Of a DNA stretch of 64,000 nt, positions 12,715-25,899 are shown piece by piece (position 1 is the first letter of the stretch; each line of letters begins with the position of its first letter). The translations under genes and the position numbers were made by a program. The notes beneath the pieces are model-generated. The model was not told the origin of the DNA and searched no databases. It saw only the letters and a program-made list of their open reading frames with translations. This stretch comes from Octopus vulgaris (taxonomy: Eukaryota). Location of the stretch: contig OX597818.1 in assembly GCA_951406725.2 (NCBI GenBank), positions 103,540,001 through 103,604,000 on the forward strand. The letters run 5' to 3'.

Positions 12715-13654
12715 CTAGCAGCATAGCCCGGCGTTGCCCGGGTATGTAAGAGCCCCTAGTAGGCAACGACTAATCCCAATCTAGTCCTTTCCCTCCAGGG
12801 AACGAAGGCGCATATGTAGGCTGCAATGTCTTCTCTTCACAAGAATACTTCTGTGTATACGATGTACCTAGCTGTCCCTTTGGGCGAAAACATGAAAACA
12901 TCTTTGCGCCTCCCAACGCGTGAACAGCCCACGTAGAGTTGACCGTGGGCAAAGCACTGTTCGCCCAACTGTAACCCAGCGACTTGTAGCGTTTGGCCTT
13001 GGGATTTATTGATAGACATTGCAAAGCAGAGTTTAAAAGGAAACTGAGAACGCCTGAAGTGGATTGGTAGGCCAGCGCCCGACGGTTGAAGGTGCATGCG
13101 TGGAATGAAGACGTACTCTCCCTTCCCACAACCGGTAAGTATTGTGGCCGTTATTAAATGTGGTGGCAAATGTTTCACAACCAGACGTGTGCCGTTGCAC
13201 TGTTTAGGTGGAACCAAATTCCTGATGAGCATAATGGGCGCACCGACTTTTAACTTCAGGATATGTGGTGGCAAGCCTGGCGGTTCAGGTGAATTTAGGA
13301 ATTCAACAGGATAATCGGCAAGCTCGGTGGAGTCTGCTGTCCTATCAATAGATTTGTAGACGTGGACATCACCAGGAATAGCTTCAAGTAGCTGGATATT
13401 GATGGAGTTGAGAGTTTAAAAGGTCGAGTTGCGTCCCTTAGACAGTCTGTGGTTTGTGTCGAATTTACCAATTTTTTTCAGAACTGGGGGAACTTTTCAA
13501 AATTTTCGCTGCGTTAGTTTTGAATTATGACATTGGGCTATGTGTGTGTCAAGTTTCATTAGAATCGGTTGAAAGCCGTGGTCAGTGTGAGGGTACAACC
13601 TGACAGGCACACAGACACACAGACAGACAAACTGCCGTTTATATATAGAGAAGA
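12715..13654 (-). mobile_element. Internally deleted Helitron (940 bp) with both termini
   Basis: Minus strand: 5' A|TCTTCTCTATATATAAACGGCAG ... 3' hairpin CCCGGGCAACGCCGGG then CTAG|T. Inserted at AT with no TSD; carries a PIF1 helicase C-terminus. Confidence 0.93.
12837..13412 (-). pseudogene. C-terminal fragment of Helitron RepHel PIF1-type helicase
   Basis: YPVEFLNSPEPPGLPPHILKLKVGAPIMLIRNL..CNGTRLVV..RRSQFPFKLCFAMSINKSQGQTL..CFAHGQLYVGCSRV, matching PIF1 helicase motifs IV-VI. Confidence 0.93.
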
Positions 13655-16600
13655 TTCATACAATACAAGCATCTTTTTATCCTCGAATACCACATCCACT
13701 TAACACGTTTTGGGCAGTTGGAATCTATCACACAAGCTGCTGCGCAACGGGAGTGTTCGTAAGAACTATGTAGTCTTAGATTTAATTTTATATATTGTTT
13801 AGGAATTTGTTGTTAATTTCTGATATCGTTAAGCAAGTAAACCTTCAAAGAAAATATATTGGAACTATGACCGTGACCTAAACGTAATTTTCCACAAAAT
13901 ATTAAGGATACAACGGAATATATACTATATGATATGCAGAATACATGACGAGTAAGTTTTGGGCTTATATTTGATATTGCACACTTTACTTTGTTTCATA
14001 TTCGAAATTAGATAAATGAAACATCATAAAAGAAAAATAACCCCTGTTATCAAAGACAAAGCTATACAATTAGATCACTTCTCCAGGGGCTGTACAGAAG
14101 CAACTGTTACTAGACTTTCGTCCGGCTTCTTTATTTCCAGACGTTAACGGTACTTTCCTCCACGGTCCGCTTCTTGATCATAGGACAAAGAGCCTTTCAT
14201 ATCCCACTCGTGCCTCCTATATGTTGTAGGTTTATGGCTCGTTCAGCTGTCATTAGGTGGAGGCTGCAATTTATTTTGCAAGCATTGAGTAATTGAAATA
14301 CAAGTACTATATTAACAACAGGCATAAGTTATACCAAACTTTCTATCAGGAATTAAGGTTTCCACTTTGAAGTAACCTTAAACTTTATGTAGAGTAGCAA
14401 GTAATATCAACATTCTTGAAACGGGCAAAAAGGCTAATGTTACTGAAATGAAATGATTTGAGATATTTGTTCTGCTTCGAATTATAGCCACTCTCATCTC
14501 ACGTGGTTAAAAATACAGAAAACCATTTACTATTTTATTTATATATATATATATATATTTACGTGGAAGAGAAGTGACGGCTTTTAGACCAACGCGGAAA
14601 ACTACATGATAAAGTCAAAATAAGATAGAAGAAAGGAAAAAAAATTAGAAATATTTGAAGAGAAAAGAGAGGGTTTTGTTGTCTGATTCTCATATCATGT
14701 ATCTCGGCTGCCCATATTAGAGATTAACTATTGTAACGACATGTTAGATTAAATTCGATAAAATCGTTAAGTGGCGCTCCAACCTTATCTCACATACCAA
14801 CTACACCTTATCTCACATACCAACTACACAAGCAAATCTATGATATTGATAACGTGAGTCAACTTAAAGACAAAACACTTATTACCATAGTTAAAAATAC
14901 TCAATTGATTGATCATTTGATATTATTCGTCTATGTTTCTTTCTACACATCCTACATTTAAGCTATATTTAAAAGATATAGCGAGTATGGAACCGGTATT
15001 GTATTTCTTGCGCCGGGTCGTTTTTGTGAATCAGTTAACATCATATATATCATTTTATATATAACGTTATGTCTAAAACAAAGTTAAGCTGTAGAGGTAT
15101 ATAACAAGTCTTTACATAACGAGTAATACTGTGAACGAAATACTTAGAGGAGAATAAAAGAGTCCTGAATATCAATGGGTTTGATCAACAGTTAGGAAAT
15201 ATATAATAGAAAAACGAAAAGGAAAAAGACGTGGAACGATGTTATTAATAGGAATAAAAGCTGTAGGAAACGATTAGCAACATTTATTAAGGATTCTTTT
15301 TATAATTCTTGTTAACACTTTCTATATAAAGATTGAAAAGTCTTTGAGATTTTATATAAAGCAAATTGATATTTCTCTATCCGGTTTGCCGACGTTTGGA
15401 TAAACTCGTTCATTATAGGAGAACAAACAAACATCAAGTATAAATACAGCTTTAAATAGCATTTTTGTTTTATCAATATTGATTTGATAGTGAGACATCT
15501 GCCATTAGATAATTCACTTTCTGCTACACCTTTTCCTTGTATACTATGTAAAGTATCTACTATTCAATATTTGTATTTCAATGATGTCTGCTTATTACTA
15601 GTGAGTGATGAAAGCATTCACTAACATTCTATTATGATTAGGCGGTATTGTTATACAAGAAATTTGATTCGGTCGATAGTTTACCGAGAAAAATGTTCTC
15701 TCAAACTTTTGTATGAAATAGGTTAAGAGACTTACAAATATCTTGAGTATTATAGTGTTAAAAGAGCCATTTTTAACGAAGGAAAAGCACCGATAAAAGT
15801 CAAATACAGTTGAGCGTCTATTTATTTTATGAACTCCTTTGTATCGAAAATTGTCGCCTGCAAAATAGATTTTTTCCAACATAAATATAATATGGAAACA
15901 ATACATCAATGGAGTGTAATACCTCTGACAAAGAAATTTAATTTAACTTTCGGCTTGCACGTTTCAACACACGGCAATAACAACTGTTTTTTCATGAGAA
16001 ACATTATCCTAATCACCTATTAATTAACTCTCAAGTATGTTCAGTAATCTATCTGCAATCTATCTTTTAACTTCTGTTTAAAAAGACTCTCTTTGGAAAG
16101 TAAGTTTGCTTTGAAAATTAGCATATCAATTTCCTTAAAGCCGTCTAATATTATAAGAACTAGTTATTTTTAGAGATATACTGTTTAATATTATAAGGAG
16201 AGATACTGTAACTGAATATATTAATTATAATATCTATCAGAAAAAAAGTAAATTTACACTGAATCATTCCTTTTATATATGGGAATTATTATCTATATTT
16301 CGGAAAATTTTATGTAGAATCTGGAAGCATATTCATGTATTATTCAATTATCTTTCTCATTTCAAATATTGTGAAGTATCAATTTTCATGTAATTTTATA
16401 AGATTTGCTCGTGCAGCACTACTGTATCGGTGCTGTCTAACTAAATTTTAATAGTTTCGTTGTTGTTTTTTGTTTGTTTTTGTTTTTTATGCAGCCTCTT
16501 TGGTATCTGTCTGTGCAGTTTTCTTACATAATTTGGTATAGTATTCCACTTCAACTGCAAGTAGGACTAAAGTTTAGATAGATATATACGCATACGATAA

Positions 16601-18589
16601 AAATCTGAATACAGCAAATTTTCGATTACTGGAAAAGCATAGTAATCTGCCTGCATGTTTAAATCTCTTGAAAACACCACCAAAGAAAATTTATTTATCT
16701 CCAATGTTGAACATAAAGTCGGTTTCAATCAGGCCGACCTTGCAACTCACTTTTGATTCTCGGCTAAATTCAATTTAAGCAGATTGTAAACAGACAAATA
16801 AAATTCCTGAACATTACAAAATAAGTATTTCGTTGCTCTAATATGTGTCAGCCTGTTCGCCTATTAAAAATCAATATTCACTCGGCCAGCAATGTGTGTT
16901 TATATGCATTTAAGGACTTTAGATATTAAACAGCAAATTAGAAAGGCATCTGTGTGGGGCTCACGTTATGTTGTTATAAAATATTAATTTAATGTTCCAT
17001 ACCATCGATCGGTGCAGTTACCAAGGAGTATATAAATATTTTCAAAATTTAATATTTCTTATATTTTCGTTATTGTCTTCTTTATCTTCTTACTGACACG
17101 GATATTTAACTAGGTGACCAGTTAGTCGGAGTTAAGAAAATTTCTTTGTAGTATATTAGATTATTTATTTTACATACAATGTTTTAGATTCTTGAATTCT
17201 GACTTTCAACGTTCTTCCTTTCGAAGCTTCTACAGCTTACATGGTATGGTGACCATTGACAAGGGTTGAATATCATTTTTAACGTGTCAAACATCCATTT
17301 GATTATGAGAGGAACTTAACGGAAGTATAATTCAGCTATTTATGAAGTGAAAGTAATCGAAATTACAATTTGTTGGTATAAGTTATGGATTCGAATCAAA
17401 GTATTTCCGTAGGAATAGATAGATGCTGAATCTACTAAACATCTAAGATAAAACCAGCGACCTATATATACGAACCATTCTACTATGGAATATAATTCTG
17501 AGAGTATACCTGCGCAAGTACAGATGTTGCCACTAATAGCAGTAAAAACAAACGTCTCCCCATGGTTAAGAAAGAGATTGTCTTTAGAACAGATTTGTAT
17601 TACGATAGTCTTTAGAACAGATTGTATGACTCATAATTTGGTTATACCCACAATAATAGTCTTATACATCATAAATTTCTCTTTGTTACATTTTCACATA
17701 TTATACTACTGTCCAACTATCCTCGAATTTCCAGACATAGACGTAATTGACAATTAAGAAACAAACCCGAATTTCAAAAGTAACGTATGTATCTAGGAAG
17801 CTACTCTATTCAAAGTATACCCACCAAAGTAAAAGCGACATATTAGCAACAAAGGATTTAAAGGAAATAGTGCAAGACAACCAAGAAACCGTTTAACCGA
17901 AAGTGAAATTCGGAAGAAAGCAAGATTCGGATGTGAGAGAAACACTTTGTCGCACGTACCCTAAACTCTGTTCATTGTCAATTTATTTATAACCACTTCC
18001 TTAAATGAAAAACATATACTACCTGATCATAGCAGAAATCATTATCACATAATTAACCGAATACAGTAAAAGCAAAATCAAATCTACAGGCAATTTTCTA
18101 ATACTGTATGTTCTAACATTCATATGCTCATTACAAACTTACTCTGTCCTGAAATTCCAAACATCAATTGCATCTGTGTTGTGGGGACTTAATCGGATAA
18201 ATGCCTCCTCTATTCTTAGAGCAAAAATCTCGTAGCGTACATAAAGAAATTAGTCGGAAAACATCGTATGGAGAATCGGAGAAAGAGTCATAATTAAATA
18301 ACTTATTCTCTATGTACTCAGGAGAGTCTTTTCACTAGAAGTCATGAAGTTGAAGATAGCTCCTAATCGCTTGAGCGAATACGTATTCTAACTGTCAGAG
18401 ATTTTTCGAACTATGTAAAACTATTGGCGATCAAGTCAAAAGTACATTAGTGCAAATGTATATTTAATTATCGCCACACAGGCGGACTGTTTATAAATTC
18501 TACGATTATTGATCTATTACACAGAAGGGAATATTACCGCCATGTAACTTATAGGCATTCTTTCATTTACTAACCTTAAAAATAGTATA

Positions 18590-18800
18590 CAACCTGTGGT
18601 AGCCATTTGGTCCGGAAAAGGGACTTTGAAAAACGTTACTCGATAGCACTTCTCGGAGTTCATAGAGGCGCTCAGGATAGAGTCACTACCTCTCCGAAAT
18701 CAGCGATCACAGCTCCGTCTCAACGGACATGTGATAAGAATGTCTCATAAAAAATTCACTGGACAAGCTTTAAGAGCAAAACTAATTTGTAGAAACCAGC
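18590..18800 (+). mobile_element. Heavily decayed RTE-clade LINE C-terminal remnant
   Basis: 18710-18745 translates QLRLNGHVIRMS, resembling the RTE QLRWAGHVxRM motif. Boundaries approximate. Confidence 0.5.
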
Positions 18801-19630
18801 ATTAGACCACGAGCAAGATGTTGGAATGATGACTATGATGTCGGTTGGTCCCGTTTGGAGATCGAGCCGAATCAACTGAAAATTGTTGTATATATCAGGA
18901 CCAGATAGAAGGCATGCTTGAAGCATTTGTTCCATGACCCTCTAAGAAATAAGCCAAAAAACCCCGTGATAGGTGAAAATCCGCGAAGTAGAGACAGTAT
19001 TGCACTGTATATTTTTGTTAATTATTTTTATAACGTGTATATATTTATTTTAATATAAATGCAAAGCAACACCACGGAGGAATCCACGTAAGCTTAAATA
19101 ATAAACGGCGATAGTTGAACCGAGACAGGTAAAACGCGAAATGGCGATGGATTACTGTATACCGTTGTAATAGTAAACTTACCATTCCCGCCTGAAAATA
19201 GCCGATGTAAATGCTTTTTATGATAAGTTGTACCTAATTCAAAGTCCTTTACTTCCTAAATACTTTCCTCAAATAATAATAATTCGAAGAATTGAAACTG
19301 TTACGTAAGTATGCTTGTCTCTCTGCATCTCTGTTGAAGACTAAGAGTAGTTTTTGGATGAATCAATGAAATATATCGTATCTTATTCTTCGAACTTCAA
19401 CATTTCCCATTAATCATGTGGTATATTAATATATCCTGATCGTTTGGCGGTTTCATTCAGATCTATACTGACTATTATTAGTAGCGTACATACTTCAAAT
19501 TCGATCCGTCTGAAGCTTAGCATTGGAGTACTTAACACACAAGCGCATACACAAACAGCACGCACACACATAAACATTAACGCAACACAGTTTAAGATCA
19601 TACATCTACCAACATCCCTATCGAATTATC

Positions 19631-19680
<50 letters not shown>

Positions 19681-19686
19681 ATATCA

Positions 19687-19780
<94 letters not shown>

Positions 19781-19799
19781 CCAATATATCTATCATGTA

Positions 19800-19853
<54 letters not shown>

Positions 19854-19903
19854 TATACATAACACAGTTTAAGATCATATTTCTACCAATATCCCTATCT
19901 ATC

Positions 19904-19970
<67 letters not shown>
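19631..19970. repeat. Long interrupted (TA)n/(CA)n tract with a duplicated ~40-bp flank
   Basis: AACACAGTTTAAGATCATA..TCTACCAA.ATCCCTATC occurs at ~19584 and ~19861. Confidence 0.9.
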
Positions 19971-20570
19971 GTATATGCAAACTGGTATGTGCAATTCAGA
20001 CATATATATGTGTGGGAGTGTTATTGATAGTGAAGTTATACGCACACATACACGAATATTTAACTGATATATTTTCAGTATTAATAGTGCATGGTTTTCA
20101 TCAAGAAATTTGGATAATATATGAATTATTAAAACATATATGTATATATGTATGTAATGAGTTTTTATCATAAGTTTTTTGACAAGAGAAATACTAGTAA
20201 AAGTTGGCAATCAATAATAATAAATTAAACCTTCTTTATACATTATTATCACAGCTTTTCATCTTTTAATGAAATTATACGGCCACATCACTGACTTTAA
20301 TTTATTTTTGCCTCCTCTTTTCTATGATTATGTTTTCAAAATATTAATGTTCTTCTCGTTTCCAAAGAATTTTTTTTTTCCCTTTAATTTTCTTTATATT
20401 TTTTTCGCTCATATATTTTATGAAGGAACTGCCCTTTCAGCTATTCATTATCATGTGATTTTGGAATATGTAGTGGGGAGAAAAAATTGATAAGATTATG
20501 AGTGAAAGGACGGGAAAAATTATGCACATGCATACATATTGCTCACACGCGCACACACAAACATACATAC

Positions 20571-20658
<88 letters not shown>

Positions 20659-21199
20659 TAGTGTGTCGCAGAAAATTCTTATTGCTTTTCTTGCATTAAT
20701 AAATTCTTGCAATTTATTTTCTTTGGGGAAATATTTTTTATCCCTCGTAGCCGGATTATGATATTTTCTTGCTTTCTTTTGTCTGTTTTGGAAGAGAAAA
20801 AAAATTCAATAATAAAACAATCCTCAGATTAATCAAATGGAAATCATTCGCTATATCACATATGCATATCTATATATGTCAGATGATCAAATTTTTCCTT
20901 CGTTGTTAATGAATTTAGAATCGCTGGGTTGGATGAAAGCAATATAATCTTACTAGCGAATGGCTAGACTTAACGTATTACGACTGTTTCTATATATTTT
21001 TTGCACATTTACCAATGATGTGTGTCATGTGAAATTATACCTACTTCATTATATCGTATATTAGTACCTAAGCAAAAATATGAATGACCCCATATACATA
21101 GACATATAATATATAAAGACACGGGCGCACATACATACACACACACAAAAACACAAACAATCAAACACACTCACATACATGAATATATATATATATATA

Positions 21200-21525
21200 T
21201 CGTACGAACAAACTTTTGCAGACATGATGGGGGAGAATGTTAGTAGTTATTTAGATGGCGGACTTTGGCTGATGAGAAATCACGCGACTAGGTGGCTCTA
21301 AATTTCGAAACCGGTACCGAGTTGACCAGCATTTACTTCTTCTGACCTATTTGAGGTAAGACATTATTATTGTTCACTGATATTTTTTCCTGTCTTGTCC
21401 CTAATAGATTTTGACTATTCGGTGGTACAGAAGAAATTTTTGACTTCTATCATTAGCGACATAGGTACTCATGTAGTACCCTTGTGTATATATGTACATA
21501 TCTAATAGTGTATGTATATATTTTA
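21200..21525 (+). mobile_element. Probable solo Penelope-like pLTR / non-autonomous element inserted in (TA)n
   Basis: ~325-bp island bounded by (TA)n on both sides and containing the hammerhead. Ends approximate. Confidence 0.5.
21264..21321 (+). ncRNA. Minimal type-I hammerhead ribozyme (Penelope-like pLTR type), core intact
   Basis: TTTGG-CTGATGA(21269-75)-GAAAT..ATTTC(stem II)-GAAA(21307-10)-CCGG-TA(cut after 21316)-CCGAG. Stem I pairs with two G-U; palindromic stem III ACCGGT. Confidence 0.8.
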
Positions 21526-21552
21526 TTAATATATATATATATATATATATAG

Positions 21553-21818
21553 TGGGAAGGCGCATGGCTTAGTGGTTAGCGCATTCTGCTCACGATCGTA
21601 AGGTCGTGAGTTCGACTACCGTCAGCGCGTTGTGTCCTTGATCAAGAAACTGTACTTCAAAGGGCCAGGTTTATCACACTCTGTGTCACGCTAAATCTCC
21701 CTGAGAATTATGTTAAGATTACACGTGAAGAGTCTGTGAAGAGTTCTGTGACTTGCACGTAAATTTCACGAGCAAACTGTTCCGTTGATAGTATCAACTG
21801 GGACCGACGGAGTGCTTC
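21553..21818 (+). mobile_element. SINE family B (tRNA head + tail type 2)
   Basis: GGAAGGCGCATGGCTTAGTGGTTAG..GAGTTCGACT head. Tail TCAAAGGGCCAG..CACACTCTGTGTCACGCT..ATTTCACGAGCAAACTGTTCCGTTGAT is shared with 39716-39885(-). Confidence 0.8.
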
Positions 21819-22612
21819 TCCTTTATATATATATATATATATATATGCACATATAACAAATGAAAGACAAAAGATTGAATATACGAGAATATATTATTAA
21901 TCACAACAATTCTTTCGACACATCTAGCATCGACTCCTCTTGTGGAACAAACAGGAACTGGTTCAGATTATCCGGTGGTGCAGGCGAATCCCGTTGGTTG
22001 ATAAGTAAATAAACAAATCGTTAAAATGACTATTCCATAATACAACGTTCCGTTTTTGTAAAATTGCATGAGACAAAAAGAGAAACGAACATGTAATCCA
22101 GCGAGAAAAGTATTGAAGATAACCGTTAACAGATATGGATGTATAAACACTCTCGGGCAAGCTGCATGGCACGAGTGTACTCGCTCCTACAAGCATTATT
22201 AAAAATGTGAGCATACCCACACATGAGGTTAGGCGCACTCATGATTACAAATCGAGTTAGATATTTAGTATGTGTTTAGAGGAAGCGGGAGGTTTATAGT
22301 AAATTTAAGCCATCCATACCTTAAAGTAAAAAAACAAATAAAATTACACTAAGTTAACGTTTGTGGAGTCACGTGGTCTAGTGGTTAGAGCAATAAGTGC
22401 GTGAATCTGAGAGGGGAGTATGTTCAATGAAATCATCATTAAATGACCTTCCTGTAATTTCTATTACTTAAAGACAGGAACTTTCCACCATACCCTCGTC
22501 GAATGAGTGAAACACTCTCTTCCGTTCTCTCAATAAAAATGACGTGGTAGAAAGATATCTCTATGGACCAAGAGCGCTTATTTCAAGTATATTGGTATTA
22601 GACTTAATATAT

Positions 22613-22846
22613 TTCTTTACTGCCCATAATGGGCTAAACATAGAGGGGACAATCAAGGACAGACAAAGGGATTAAGTCGATTATGTCGACCCCAGTGCGA
22701 AACTGGTACTTTATTTATCGACCCCGGAAGCATGAAAGGCAAAGTCGACCGCGGCAGAATTTGAACTCAGAACGCAACGACAGACGAAATGCCGCTAAGC
22801 GTTTCGCCCGGCGCGCTAATGTTTCTGCCAGCTCGCCGCCTTTCCT
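22613..22846 (-). mobile_element. Nin-domain SINE (family C) with 15-bp TSD
   Basis: Head AAGGCGGCGAGCTGGCAGAAAC, B-box GAGTTCAAATTC, Nin-like GCCTTTCATGCTTCCGGGGTCGATAAATAAAGTACC. TSD TTAGACTTAATATAT at 22598-22612 and 22847-22861. Confidence 0.88.
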
Positions 22847-23239
22847 TTAGACTTAATATATATTACTGTCAGCAAATTTGTGGCACCAGAAGATATTCAC
22901 TTCATATTAATGTTAACTTGGTTCTCCAGCACTCTCAAAACACTTTTTGTGCTAAAATTTCAAACATTTTTCCTTTGATTCACCAAATATTTCGCACGAA
23001 TACTGCTTTGATGATACAGTCTGTTCTACTTCCCATCTGATAACAAAATACTATGCGTTTTTTGAAGGAAATTAAAGATTTCATTTTCCTTGAATTTTGT
23101 GTCCTCATTTGAAATCTAGTAACAATACCTTGCGACATTCAACGAATTTAATGGCTTCACATTTTCTATTTCCTGTTTTTCTTTTCTTTTAGTACTTTTC
23201 CATGTAAGAACTTGTTTCTTATTTCATCGATATCCAAAG

Positions 23240-23345
23240 TTTGAGATGCAAAGCTGACCTCCAGACAATTTCACCTCAGAATCTAAAAACGGACAAAACG
23301 CTACTAAGCATTTTCTCCCGCCTGCCAACGGTTCAGCCAGCTCGA
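23240..23345 (-). mobile_element. Decayed family C SINE 5' fragment
   Basis: GCAAAGCTGACC..CTCAGAAT..GGACAAAACGCTACTAAGCATTTT..GCCAGCTCG matches the family C head. Confidence 0.55.
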
Positions 23346-23855
23346 AGCATTACATCACACAATTTAATGTTAGCAATTTTTTTTTTCTAATTTGACATAT
23401 TTCCCATATTTAGGCCGATGCAGTTTTTCATTATCTTTGGTTTAATTCTCCTTTTTATAATGCACTCTCTCGCTCTCTCTCTCTCACACGCGCGCGCGCG
23501 CGCACACACACACATATGCATGATAGTCTATACAGACCACTATATCTCAATCAGTTCGACTATTTTTCTCGTACTATCAATACTATTTATCTCTCGGTGT
23601 CGACGTCTTGAAGGTTTTGTTTTCATTTTTTCCGTTTAATTTTTAAACGTTGTTTATAATTAGTTTTTAAGCTCTTATCTATATGATATTCATATTTCTT
23701 TTCCACATTGGCTCCGATTCGTATTTCCTAATAGAGTTCCATGTTTTAAATACTGTTATATCTGATATGTTTTCTTAACTCCTGTAAACCATTATCTACT
23801 GATTTCGTTTTTGGATTTGATTTGCAAGATTCTTTATATGGGTTCGTGTGTTGGG

Positions 23856-24000
23856 GCATATTCTGTTGTGTCTGTGGAGAGTCATTTTCTCTTTGTGATT
23901 TATAATGTAACACACTCACCGGTAAAAATTCAACTTATTTCTTATTTTTATTCTCCTAAAATTCTCGTTGCGTCTTGCAACCTTTTCAATAGTCTTGACT
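23856..24000. repeat. Single arm of the 1355-1640 palindromic repeat
   Basis: TTCTGTTGTGTCTGTGGAGAGTCATT..TAACACACTCACCGGTAAAA..GTTGCGTCTTGCAACCTTTTCAATAG. Confidence 0.8.
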
Positions 24001-25169
24001 CTGTCCGTTATTTACACTGCGCTCCTTTTTGTTTGTTTGTGCGCATGTATGTGGGGTCAGTGTGTGTATGTGCCTATACATGCATGCATGTATGTATGTA
24101 TGTGTGTGTTTGCATGTGTATGTATGTATATATGTGTGTATATGCATATGTATATATGTATGTGTGTACATTTGTATGTATATATCCTGCATATTCATGT
24201 GTTTGAATGTCCGTGTTTGTGTATTTTGTATGTATGTGTGTGTGAGCATGTGTTTGTATATGTATGCACCCAGACACAACAGATTATCTACTGATATCTT
24301 GGTCATATATGGATTCTAGGAAACATATATATTCCATTCGGTTATCTTTTCTAATCCATTGGTATTACTTAAGAAACTCAATAAAACTACTTCCGAAATC
24401 TTATTCTCTCTGATCACGCCAATTATGTTCTTCGCTTTTTTGTGGAATAATCGTTTCTTCTTCTTTTTTATAGTTTGTGGTTATATTCTTTTGCACAAAA
24501 GTACACATATTTGTGTTGGGATTACGTGCAGTGTTCGAGGTTTGATTTGTATTAATGTAATATATCTGGGTTTCTCAACCTTTCAATTTTCTCTGTGATG
24601 TGTATATTTCTAAAACGTGCCGTTTCCATAAACTTTGTCTGCATCTTTTGTTATTATGCTGTAGCAGCTATTAACTTCAATGTGTATTTGCTCTCCATCA
24701 CTACATTCTATTCAACTCTTATAATAGCTCTCTGCAATGAAATATATCGTCTATTTCTGAGGCTTCAATCTCTCGTTGGAATTGATAAATGAATAAGGAA
24801 ACATCTCGTTTGTGGAACTTCGACAATGGACAAATTTCTTTTGTCGACCTGTGTGATTCAATTGACAGTATTATTAGTATTGTTGTTCTCTACATCCTTT
24901 CGTAGTCTGCTTAAATTGTATAGCTTCTGGTGGTAGCCCACTCATATGTCGTAGATTTTAGCTAACGGTTAAAAGAAACACAATTCCATGCCTGTGTCTT
25001 TATTTTTCACAAGAATTTGTCAGCGACAACAATGAGATTCCTTCACGATAGTCTTCACAATTTCTGCAGTAAGACTTCACAATCTACTTCATACATTCTA
25101 CTCATACGTTAACCCTACTGGATTGATTTTTGCGGTTTTTCTTTGTCAATCCACGATGTCCAGTTTCGT

Positions 25170-25402
25170 AAGGCGGCGAGCTGGCAGAAACGTTAGCACG
25201 CCGGGCGAAATGCGTAGCCGTATTTCGTCTGCCGTTACGTTCTGAGTTCAAATTCTGTCGAGATCGACTTTGTCTTTCATCCTTTCGGGTGTCGATAAAT
25301 TAAGTACCAGTTACGCACTGGGGTCAATGTAATCGACTTAAATCGTTTCTCTGTCCTTGTTTATCACCTCTATTTTTAGCTCCTTGTGGGTAATAAAGAA
25401 AC
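25170..25402 (+). mobile_element. Nin-domain SINE (family C), full length
   Basis: AAGGCGGCGAGCTGGCAGAAACGTTAGCACGCCGGGCGAAATG..GAGTTCAAATTC..CTTTCATCCTTTCGGGTGTCGATAAATTAAGTACCAG..TAATAAAGAAA. Confidence 0.88.
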
Positions 25403-25639
25403 ATATTTATTATGCAATCGCTTTGCCTGCCTGAAAATTCAAAATTTTATTTTCCATTCGGCATTTTAATTTATTATTAGAAATTTCCTTCATATTACCA
25501 TCCTCAAGAAAATAATTGCACTCGTCTTTGTTTTATAAACGATTACTTATTTTGTTGTAGAATACTGAAATTAGATTGGCCTTCTTTTAGTCCATAGCGA
25601 TTTAAAGTAAATTCACATTAATATTTACTAAATATAATG

Positions 25640-25810
25640 CGCCAGTTTGGCAGAATCGTTAGCAAGACGAAGAAAGTGCTTAGCATCCTGAGATCTGATT
25701 CTGCCGAGGTCGACTTTGAATCCTGTCCTTTCGATTTCTATAAGTTCCAGCCATCAGGGGCGACTAGCAACCTCTCCCATAATTTCGGACATTTCGTCTA
25801 CAGTAGAAAC
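25640..25810 (+). mobile_element. Decayed family C-related SINE
   Basis: TTGGCAGAATCGTTAGCA..ATTCTGCCGAGGTCGACTTTG motifs. Confidence 0.55.
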
Positions 25811-25899
25811 GATTATTTACTAAATTCAAATTTTGTATTGATGTTCAAACCCATATATACACCTTGTTGCGTTTGGACATGAACTCACCGGGAAAAATC

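Noticed and set aside
12837-13274. Host PIF1 helicase gene exon
   Set aside because: Enclosed by Helitron termini and lacking the N-terminal motifs.
14783-14830. Short direct repeats (also 29506-29549, 39519-39575, 51930-51990) as a CRISPR-like array
   Set aside because: Only two or three copies with no regular spacers, in eukaryotic context; simple slippage duplications.
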